DNA of 64,000 nucleotides from Gammaproteobacteria bacterium (lineage in GTDB: Bacteria > Pseudomonadota > Gammaproteobacteria > 21-64-14). Position numbers and translations under genes: made by a program. The notes beneath the pieces are model-generated. The model was not told the DNA's origin and ran no database searches. It saw only the letters and a list, made by a program, of their open reading frames with translations. Where the stretch lies: NCBI GenBank assembly GCA_027013145.1, contig JALUXX010000016.1:254183-318182 (forward strand), read 5' to 3'. This document shows, piece by piece, positions 18,515 to 26,038 of the stretch (positions within the stretch are counted from its first letter, which is position 1; every line of letters begins with the position of its first letter).

Positions 18515-19596
18515 GCCCCGCCACCCGCCTCGGGCCGGACCACGGTGCCGTTGGCGAGCGGGGCCGCGGCGCTCACGACCACGCGGTCACCGGGGAACAG
18601 GCCGCTGAGGATGACGACGCCGTCGGGCCGCCGCTCGCCGGGTGTGACCATGCGGAAGCGTGCGCGTCCGTGCGCATCGACCACGAAGACGCCGGTGATT
18701 CCGGCGCGCTCCTGCAGCGCACCGGCCGGCACGACGATCGAGGGAACCCGCCGCACCGGGATCATCACCCGCGCATACTCGCCGCCCTGCGCGCCGCTGT
18801 CGGGCGGCAGCAGCAGCTTGACCGTGTGGGTATGCGTCATCGGATCGGAGGCCGCGACCAGGCGCTGCACGGTGGCGTCGATGCGGTGCGGGCTGCGGTC
18901 GCGGCCGAGATACTCGACCGGGACCTTCTCGCCCGGCTTGAGCGCATAGAAGGCGCTGTCGGGTACCTGTACGTCGATCTGGAGCTGCTTGGGATTGTAG
19001 AGCACCATCAGCTCCTTGCCCGGCCCCACGAGCTGGCCGTTGCTGACCTTCTTCGAGAAGATGACACCCGGGAACGGCGCGCGCACCTCGGCGTAGCCGA
19101 TCTGGCTCTCGGCCTGCGCCACCGCCGCCCGTGCCGCCTGATAGTCGCTCTTGGCGGCCGTATAGCCGAGCTGGACCTGTTCGTAGCGCTCCTTGGGAAT
19201 CGCCCCCGCGACGTACAGGGCCTTGAAGCGCTCGTAGTTCTTGCGCGCGGTGTCGAGCGCGGCGCGCGCCTTGGCCTCCTGCGCCCGCGCCTGGCGTACG
19301 CCGGCCGCGACCTGCACCGGGTTGACGGTGAGCAGCAGCTCGCCCTTGGTCACCGACTGGCCGACGTGGACCTTGATGTCCTCGACGTAGCCGCTCATGC
19401 GCGAGGCGACCCGGATATATTCGGCCGGGATCACGGTGCCGGGGTAGGCGGCGTAGATCTCGATGGGCCGCGGTTCGGCGCGGAGGATCTTGACCGGCAC
19501 CGGCACCGGCACCGGCACCGGGGCCGGGGTGGGCGCGGCCGCGGCGGTCCCGAGCGCGGCGAGCAGGATCGTTGCGAGGGCGAGGCGTGCGCGCAT
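18511..19596 (-). CDS. RND periplasmic adaptor (membrane fusion protein, HlyD family)
   Basis: 361 aa with a signal peptide, a (PV)n linker, and lipoyl / coiled-coil / beta-barrel segments typical of MFPs. Confidence 0.85.
   Translation of the reverse strand: MRARLALATILLAALGTAAAAPTPAPVPVPVPVPVKILRAEPRPIEIYAAYPGTVIPAEYIRVASRMSGYVEDIKVHVGQSVTKGELLLTVNPVQVAAGVRQARAQEAKARAALDTARKNYERFKALYVAGAIPKERYEQVQLGYTAAKSDYQAARAAVAQAESQIGYAEVRAPFPGVIFSKKVSNGQLVGPGKELMVLYNPKQLQIDVQVPDSAFYALKPGEKVPVEYLGRDRSPHRIDATVQRLVAASDPMTHTHTVKLLLPPDSGAQGGEYARVMIPVRRVPSIVVPAGALQERAGITGVFVVDAHGRARFRMVTPGERRPDGVVILSGLFPGDRVVVSAAAPLANGTVVRPEAGGGA
19493..19521. repeat. Hexanucleotide microsatellite (accggc) x about 4.8
   Basis: Tandem accggc units inside the MFP gene encode the PVPVPVPVPV linker just after the signal peptide. 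Confidence 0.9.
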
Positions 19597-19606
19597 GTCC
19601 GGTTCC

Positions 19607-21106
19607 TCAGGGCTGGGGGCGAGCGGAAGCGAGGTGCACGGCCGCGGGCGTGAGCCGGCCGAGCGCGAGCAGCAGCGCGGCGCGCGCCATCACTTCCCGG
19701 TAACGGGCGGCGACCCGGTCGGCGCGCGCCTGGTCGAGTTCGGTCTGCGCCGAGAGCAACTGGGTGAAAGTGGATACGCCCTGGCGGTAGCGCAACTCCT
19801 CCAGGCGCGCGGTCTCCGCGGCGGCGGCGACCGCGGCGTCCTTGACCGCGATGCGTGCGGCGGCGAGCCGGGCGTCCTGCCAGGCGCGCTCGACCTGGAG
19901 GCGCAGCTTGTCGCGCGCCTCCAGCAGCGCCGCGCGCCTGCGGATGACCTTGGCCTGGGCCTGATCGAGGGCGCCGCGGCGGGCACCCAGGTCGAGGACG
20001 TCCCAGTCGAGTACGCCCGCCACCGTATAGGAAGGGTGCGAGAGGGCAACGGTGCGGTCGTTCCACTCGCGCGCGAGCATCAGATTGAAGTGTGGCAGAT
20101 AGGCCGCGCGCGCCTGGCGCACGGCCGCGCGGGCGGCGCCGACCCGGGCCTCGAGCGCCCGGAGACCGGGGTTGCCGGTCTCGGCCGCGCGCTTGAGCAG
20201 CGCCGGGGGCTGTTGCGGCAGATCGACCGTGACCGTGCCCGGCGCCAGCTTCAGCGGCGTTCCCGGCGCTTCCCCGATGAGGATGCGCAGCCCCGCTTCG
20301 GCCAGCGCCAGCTCCTTCTGCGCCCGGGCCAGACCCAGGCGCGCGTCGCCCAACTGCACGCGCGCCCGCAGCACGTCGGTCTTGGCGACGACTCCGCGGT
20401 CGAAGAGCTTTGCGGTGAGCGCGACATAGGATTTCGCCGCCGCGATCGCCTGTTGGGCGACGCCGACGTAGGCCTGCGCCGTGCGCACGCCGTCGTAGCT
20501 GCGGATGACTTCGAACAGCAGCTTCTGGCGCGCCATGCGCTCGCCGCGGCGGGCGGCCTCGACCATCGCCTCGGCGCGGCGCAGCCCGCCCCAGATCAAC
20601 CCGCCGTTGTACACCGGGATGGAGAGCTGCAGCTTCGTCTGGTAGTTGGTGTAGAACCCGGGTTGATTGAGTTCGGCCGGCGCGCTGAAGACGACGGCGG
20701 AGTTGCCTGACTGGATGCCCTGCAGGAAGCTGCCGGCGCCGAAGTCGTTGAAGGTCGCGCGCCGCTGCTGCAGCTTCATGCCGAAGACGTTGAGCGGGTT
20801 GTCGCTCCCGCTCGCGGTGAAGGCGAGGTCCAGTTTGGGCAGGAGATGGCCGCGCGCCTCACGCACCGCCCCGCGGGCCTGAGCCACGCCCGCGCGCGCC
20901 TCCATCATCGCCGGCGTCTGGGCGAGCGCCAGGCGGTAGGCGGCCTGCGGGGTGAGGGCGGCCGGGGACGGCGCGCCCGCGGCCCGCGCGGGGGGGGGCG
21001 TCGCGAAAAGGGCGAACCCCAGCGCTAGCGCGGCGGTGTGCAGGATGGCGGTGCGCGGTTTCGGTCTGTGGCGGATCGGCGGCACGTTGTCTCCCTCGAT
21101 CGGCAT
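19607..21106 (-). CDS. TolC-family outer membrane efflux protein
   Basis: 499 aa. Has a signal peptide (ALALGFALFATPPPARA) and two repeated coiled-coil/beta halves typical of OMF proteins. First gene of the OMF-MFP-RND operon. Confidence 0.8.
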   Translation of the reverse strand: MPIEGDNVPPIRHRPKPRTAILHTAALALGFALFATPPPARAAGAPSPAALTPQAAYRLALAQTPAMMEARAGVAQARGAVREARGHLLPKLDLAFTASGSDNPLNVFGMKLQQRRATFNDFGAGSFLQGIQSGNSAVVFSAPAELNQPGFYTNYQTKLQLSIPVYNGGLIWGGLRRAEAMVEAARRGERMARQKLLFEVIRSYDGVRTAQAYVGVAQQAIAAAKSYVALTAKLFDRGVVAKTDVLRARVQLGDARLGLARAQKELALAEAGLRILIGEAPGTPLKLAPGTVTVDLPQQPPALLKRAAETGNPGLRALEARVGAARAAVRQARAAYLPHFNLMLAREWNDRTVALSHPSYTVAGVLDWDVLDLGARRGALDQAQAKVIRRRAALLEARDKLRLQVERAWQDARLAAARIAVKDAAVAAAAETARLEELRYRQGVSTFTQLLSAQTELDQARADRVAARYREVMARAALLLALGRLTPAAVHLASARPQP

Positions 21107-21190
21107 CCGACGGATCCGGCGGCGTTTTTGCCCCGTGTCGGGTCGCGTTTGGCTCGTGAGACGATCGCCCGGACAGTGCAGCGGGCGAGT

Positions 21191-21210
21191 ATATTAGCAA
21201 GGCCTAATAT
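21191..21210. promoter_or_regulatory. AT-rich palindrome ATATTAG-N6-CTAATAT in the divergent promoter region
   Basis: atattagcaaggcctaatat has 7-bp perfect arms. It is the most AT-rich spot of the 314-bp region between the efflux operon (minus) and the oxidoreductase operon (plus). It overlaps -10-like hexamers (TATATT, TAATAT). Confidence 0.3.
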
Positions 21211-21343
21211 TTCAAGGGGTCGGACCCGCCGTCCCGCGGCGAGGACCGCGCGCGAACAGGGTAGCGCGCCCGACCCCGAATTGGGAGCCGCACCGCGCCG
21301 GGCTGCGGGTACCGGCGACGCCGGCTGCGAATCGGCGGCACGA

Positions 21344-21357
21344 CTGACCCCAATCAA
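21344..21357 (+). promoter_or_regulatory. Candidate CRP/FNR-family box
   Basis: CTGACCCCAATCAA matches TTGAT-N4-ATCAA at 8 of 10 positions and keeps the TGA-N6-TCA core. It lies 64-77 nt upstream of the ATG at 21421. Confidence 0.25.
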
Positions 21358-21420
21358 CCCCGGCCGGAACCGGTCCCGTTAGAGTGTCTCCGGGACGGTC
21401 CAGGGAGCGGCATAGGGGCC

Positions 21421-21993
21421 ATGATCGAGGTGCGCATCCACGGTCGCGGGGGGCAGGGCAACGTGGCCGCCGCCTACCTGCTCGCTGCCGCGGCGATCGG
21501 CGAGGGCTGGCACGCCCTCGCCTTCCCCGCGTTCGGGGCCGAGCGGCGCGGCGCGCCGGTCGCAGCCTTCGTGCGCATGGACCGCCGCGCGTTCCGCCGC
21601 CGCGATCAGGTCGCCCGGCCCCATTTCCTCATCGTCCAGGACGCGGCGCTGTTGCACGTACCCGGGGTGTTGGCGGGGCTGCGCCCGGAAGGCGGTCTGC
21701 TGGTCAACGCGGCGCGCGAGCCGGCCGGGGCGGACCTGCCGCCGAAGCGGTTCGCCGTGCCCGCGACCCGGCTCGCGCAGGAGCACCTCGGCCGCCCGGT
21801 CCCGAACACGGTGCTGCTCGCGGTCTTTCTGACCCTCACCGGTCTGCTGCCGGTCGCCGCGCTCGAGCGGGCGGTGGCGGCGCGTTTCCGCGGGCCGGTG
21901 CTCGAGGCCAACAAGGCCCTGATCGCCGCGGCCGCGAAGCTGCCGCCCCCGGGGGCCTGGGCCGTGGAGGAGACCGATGCCGCAGGCGCTTGA
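21421..21993 (+). CDS. 2-oxoacid:ferredoxin oxidoreductase, gamma subunit
   Basis: 190 aa. IEVRIHGRGGQGNVAAAYLLA...FGAERRGAPV is the gamma-subunit signature. Confidence 0.85.
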   Translation: MIEVRIHGRGGQGNVAAAYLLAAAAIGEGWHALAFPAFGAERRGAPVAAFVRMDRRAFRRRDQVARPHFLIVQDAALLHVPGVLAGLRPEGGLLVNAAREPAGADLPPKRFAVPATRLAQEHLGRPVPNTVLLAVFLTLTGLLPVAALERAVAARFRGPVLEANKALIAAAAKLPPPGAWAVEETDAAGA

Positions 21994-23200
21994 GGGCTCG
22001 CAGGCGATCGCCCGGGCGGTGGCCCTGTGCCGCCCGCAGGTTGTATCCGCCTATCCGATCACGCCCCAGACCCACATCGTCGAGAACCTCGCGCGGCTGG
22101 TCGCCGACGGTGCGCTCGCCTGCGAGTTCGTGAGCGTCGAGAGCGAGCACTCCGCGGCCAGCGTCGTGCTCGGCGCCGCGGCCGCCGGCGCCCGCGCCTA
22201 CACCGCCTCGGCCTCGCAGGGCATCCTGCTGATGAGCGAGGTGCTCTACAACATCGCCGGCCTGCGCCTGCCGCTGGTGCTCACCTGCGCCAACCGCGCG
22301 CTCTCGGCGCCGTTGTCGATCTGGAACGACCAGCAGGACTCGATGGCGGTGCGCGACGCCGGCTGGATCCAGCTCTACTGCGCGGGCAATCAGGAGGCCG
22401 TCGACACCACGATCCAGGCCTTCCGCATCGCGCAGGACACCGAGCTGCCCGTGATGGTGTGTGTCGACGGCTTTACGTTGACGCACACGCTCGAGCCGAT
22501 CGAGATCCCGGATCAGGCCGCCGTCGACGCCTTCCTGCCGCCGCTGCATTTCGCGCGTGCGCTCGATCCCGCGCGCCCGCTGAGCCTCGGCACGCTCGTC
22601 TCGCCGGAGTGGTTCACCGAGGCCCGCCACAGCCAGCACGGGGCGCTCCTGGCCGCGGCGGCGGACATCGAGGCGGCCGATCGCGACTGGGCGGCGGCCA
22701 CCGGGCGCGCCTGGGGCGGGCTGCTCGAGGTCGACGGGCCGCAGGACGCGCGCATCGGGCTGCTCACCCTGGGTTCGATCAGCGGCACCATGGCCGACGC
22801 CCGCGCCGCAAGCCCCGACCTGCCGCCGGTGCGCCTGCTGCGCCTGCGCGCCTTCCGCCCGTTTCCCGCCGCGGCGCTGCAGGCGGCGTGCGCGGGCCTG
22901 GAGACCCTCGTCGTGCTCGAGCGCGCGCTCTCGCCCGGCGGCGAAGGCATCGTGACGGCGGAGGTCCGGGCGGCCCTGTACGGGCGCGAGCCGGCGCCCG
23001 CGGTGCGCGGCTTCGCCGTCGGTCTCGGCGGGCGCGACGTGCCGATGGCGATCTACCGCCGTGCGGTGGAGGCGGCGCTCGCCCCGGGCGAGGGGACGTT
23101 CGCCATCCTCGACGTCGACCCGCGGCGGCTGCCGGCGGAGGACCGTTACCCGGATCTGGCGCCGCCGGCCGCCCGCGGCGCGGAAGAGGAGGCGACGTGA
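21977..23200 (+). CDS. 2-oxoacid:ferredoxin oxidoreductase, alpha subunit
   Basis: 407 aa. Has G(S)QAIARAVALCRPQVVSAYPITPQT...ESEHSA. Overlaps the gamma gene by 17 nt. Confidence 0.85.
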   Translation: MPQALEGSQAIARAVALCRPQVVSAYPITPQTHIVENLARLVADGALACEFVSVESEHSAASVVLGAAAAGARAYTASASQGILLMSEVLYNIAGLRLPLVLTCANRALSAPLSIWNDQQDSMAVRDAGWIQLYCAGNQEAVDTTIQAFRIAQDTELPVMVCVDGFTLTHTLEPIEIPDQAAVDAFLPPLHFARALDPARPLSLGTLVSPEWFTEARHSQHGALLAAAADIEAADRDWAAATGRAWGGLLEVDGPQDARIGLLTLGSISGTMADARAASPDLPPVRLLRLRAFRPFPAAALQAACAGLETLVVLERALSPGGEGIVTAEVRAALYGREPAPAVRGFAVGLGGRDVPMAIYRRAVEAALAPGEGTFAILDVDPRRLPAEDRYPDLAPPAARGAEEEAT

Positions 23201-24204
23201 ACGAGGAATCGAGCGACAGCACACCGGTCCCGGATGTCGCGGCCCTGCGGCGGCGCCAGCCGCGCTTCCAGGGTCTGGAGGCCGGGCATCGGGCGTGCCT
23301 GGGTTGCGCCCAGGCGCTCGCGGCGCGGCTGGTCCTCGAGGCCGCCGGCCCCGACGTCGCCGTCGCCAACGCCACCGGCTGCCTCGAGGTATTCACTACG
23401 CCCTGGCCGGAATCGGCGTGGCGCGTGCCCTGGGTGCATTCGCTGTTCGAGAACGCGGGGGCCGTGGCCTCCGGGCTGGAGGCCGCCTTCAAGGCGCAGG
23501 GGCGGGCGGCCAAGGTGCTGGCCTTCGCCGGCGACGGCGGCACCTTCGACATCGGGTTCCAGTCGCTCTCCGGGATGATCGAGCGTCACCACGATGTCCT
23601 CTACGTCTGCTACGACAACGAGGCCTACATGAACACCGGCGTGCAGCGCTCGAGCTCGACGCCGCACGCGGCGGCGACCACGACCTCTCCGGCGGGACGC
23701 GCGCGCCTGGGCAAGCGCCACCTCAAGAAGGACATCCTGTCGATCGTCGCCGCGCACCACATGCCCTATGCCGCCACGGCCTCGGTGGCCTATCCCTCGG
23801 ACCTGCGCAAGAAGGTGCGCCGCGCGGTGGCGGTGGAGGGGCCGACCTTCCTCCTGATCCATTCGCCCTGTCCCCTGGGTTGGGGGCACGACGGGTCCCG
23901 GAGCATCGAGATCGCGCGGCTCGCGGTCGAGTCGGGGCTGGTGCCGCTGATCGAGTTGGAGCGCGGCGAACTCACCGGGGCGATGCCCATCCGCGCGGTA
24001 CGCCCGGTGACCGACTATCTCAAGGCCCAGGCGCGTTTCCGGCACCTGTTCGCGGATACGCCCGAGGCGCACCGCGAACTCGAACACCTGCAGGCGCTCG
24101 CCGACCACAACATCGAGGTCTACGGCCTGCGCGGCGCCGGCGCCGACCCGCGGGACACGGCCGGTGCGGACACCGTGCGCCGCGGCGGGGCGCGCTGGGC
24201 ATGA
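23197..24204 (+). CDS. 2-oxoacid:ferredoxin oxidoreductase, beta (TPP-binding) subunit
   Basis: The GTG 23197 overlaps the alpha stop (GTGA). Has GHRACLGC, GDGGTFDIGFQSL and YDNEAYMNTGVQRS motifs. The real gene is the last 335 codons of the 725-aa track ORF. Confidence 0.85.
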   Translation: MNEESSDSTPVPDVAALRRRQPRFQGLEAGHRACLGCAQALAARLVLEAAGPDVAVANATGCLEVFTTPWPESAWRVPWVHSLFENAGAVASGLEAAFKAQGRAAKVLAFAGDGGTFDIGFQSLSGMIERHHDVLYVCYDNEAYMNTGVQRSSSTPHAAATTTSPAGRARLGKRHLKKDILSIVAAHHMPYAATASVAYPSDLRKKVRRAVAVEGPTFLLIHSPCPLGWGHDGSRSIEIARLAVESGLVPLIELERGELTGAMPIRAVRPVTDYLKAQARFRHLFADTPEAHRELEHLQALADHNIEVYGLRGAGADPRDTAGADTVRRGGARWA

Positions 24205-25895
24205 GCGCCCTCACCTACACCCGCGGAGGGATCGCGGCGCCGGGATCCACGCTCACGGCGGACACCGGGAGCTGGCGCGTGCAGCGCCCGGTCCACCGCC
24301 ACCGCCCGGCCCCCTGTCACCACGCCTGTCCGGCGGGCGAGGACCCGCAGGCCTACCTGGCGCTGCTCGACGCGGGCCGGGCGCGCGCGGCGTGGGAGGT
24401 GCTGGTGGAGGCCAATCCGCTGCCGGCGGTGACCGGACGCGTATGTCCGCATCCCTGCGAGCAGGCCTGCAACCGCGGCCGACTCGACGCGGCGGTGGCC
24501 ATCCACCACGTCGAGCGCCGCCTCGGCGACCTCGCCCTCGAGGAGGGGTGGGCGCTGCCCGCGGTCGCGCCGCCGCGCGACGCCGCGCGCGTGGCGATCG
24601 TCGGCGCGGGTCCGGCCGGGCTCTCCTGCGCCTGGCAGCTCGCCGGCCGCGGGCACCGCGTCACGCTGTTCGAGGCCGAGGCCGAAGCGGGCGGGGCCTG
24701 CGCCGCGGCGATCCCGCCGTACCGGTTGCCGCGTGCGGCGCTCGAGGGTGAGATCGCGCGCCTGCTGGCGCTGCCCGGCATCGACTTCGAGCCGCGCCGG
24801 CGCCTCGGTCGCGACTTCGGTCTCGAGGAGTTGCGTGCCGACTACGCCGCCGTGTTCCTCGCGGTCGGCGCCAGGCGCGGGCGCGCGTGGAGCATCGACG
24901 GTGCGGTCCCATCGGACCTGCATGCCGGGCTCGAGCTGCTCGAGGAATGGATCCGCGTCGGGAGTCTCCCGAAGCCGGCGAGTGCGGCGGTCATCGGCGG
25001 GGGCAACACGGCGATGGATCTGGCGCGCGTGCTCAAGGCGGGCGGGGTGGAGCGGGTCTACGTGATCACGCACAACGGGCTGCCCGGCCCGGACGTGCCC
25101 GCGGAGGACGCCATGCGCGCGCTCCCACGCGAGATCGAACAGGCGCGCCAGGAAGGGGTGGAGATCCTGGCGCACCGGGGCGTGCGGCGGCTCATCCTGC
25201 GCGGGGAGCGCGTCGTCGGGGTCGAGATGGTGCACATGAAGAAGCTGGCGGACGACCAGGGCCGGTTGCGGCGGGTCGCCTTCGACGGCACCGAGACGGT
25301 CCTGCACGTGGACATGGTGATCCCGGCCGTCGGCGAGGAAGTCGATCCGCAGGGGCTGGAGTCGTTGCTGGGCGGCGCCGCCTACATCGAGGTCGACGAC
25401 GCCGGCGCCACCGTGCTGCCCGGCGTGTTCGCCGGCGGCGACGCCACGCCCCACGGCGGCACCGTGACCGCGGCTGTGGGTGCCGGGCGCGTGGCGGCGG
25501 AGGCCATCGACCGCCGGCTGCGGGGGGTGGACGCCGCACCGGAAGCGCCCGCCGAGCCGATCGGGATCGAGGGACTGAACCTCGCCTACTACGAGCCCGC
25601 GCCGCGCGCCCGCGAGGAGGTGCTGCCGGTATCCGAGCGCGGCGGCGACGCCGAGATCGACCGCGGTCTCGGCCCGGAACAGGCCGCCGCCGAGGCGCGT
25701 CGCTGTCTGTCCTGCGGCGAGTGCCTGGCCTGCGACAACTGTTTCACGCTGTGCCCCGACGCGGCCGTGCTCAAGACCCGTGAGCGCGCCTTCGACGGCA
25801 GCCATTACGTCTTCGACTACCAGTTCTGCAAGGGCTGCGGGCTGTGCGCGCACGAGTGCCCGTGCGGCTTCATCGAGATGGTCGCGGAGGGATGA
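24201..25895 (+). CDS. GltD-like NAD(P)H-dependent flavoenzyme fused to a C-terminal 2x[4Fe-4S] ferredoxin (PorD-like) domain
   Basis: The ATG 24201 overlaps the beta stop (ATGA). Has an N-terminal Fe-S Cys pattern (CHHACP...CPHPCEQAC), dinucleotide folds VAIVGAGPAGL and AVIGGGNTAMD, and a C-terminal CLSCGECLACDNC...CKGCGLCAHECP. Confidence 0.8.
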   Translation: MSALTYTRGGIAAPGSTLTADTGSWRVQRPVHRHRPAPCHHACPAGEDPQAYLALLDAGRARAAWEVLVEANPLPAVTGRVCPHPCEQACNRGRLDAAVAIHHVERRLGDLALEEGWALPAVAPPRDAARVAIVGAGPAGLSCAWQLAGRGHRVTLFEAEAEAGGACAAAIPPYRLPRAALEGEIARLLALPGIDFEPRRRLGRDFGLEELRADYAAVFLAVGARRGRAWSIDGAVPSDLHAGLELLEEWIRVGSLPKPASAAVIGGGNTAMDLARVLKAGGVERVYVITHNGLPGPDVPAEDAMRALPREIEQARQEGVEILAHRGVRRLILRGERVVGVEMVHMKKLADDQGRLRRVAFDGTETVLHVDMVIPAVGEEVDPQGLESLLGGAAYIEVDDAGATVLPGVFAGGDATPHGGTVTAAVGAGRVAAEAIDRRLRGVDAAPEAPAEPIGIEGLNLAYYEPAPRAREEVLPVSERGGDAEIDRGLGPEQAAAEARRCLSCGECLACDNCFTLCPDAAVLKTRERAFDGSHYVFDYQFCKGCGLCAHECPCGFIEMVAEG

Positions 25896-26038
25896 GTCGC
25901 GGCGCGGTCGCGGCGCCGCCGCTCGCGCCCCTGTAACCGCCGTTACCGCGGCTGCGGCCGGCGCGGTCCACAATGGTACCGGGCCGCGGGGCGTGCCGCC
26001 GCGCGGATGCAGGACGCGCAAAGAGGAGAGACCCGGTA

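Noticed and set aside
15014-18949. 1311-aa plus-strand ORF
   Set aside because: Antisense to the RND permease and adaptor genes. The composition is D/E/R/G/A-rich and no motifs are present.
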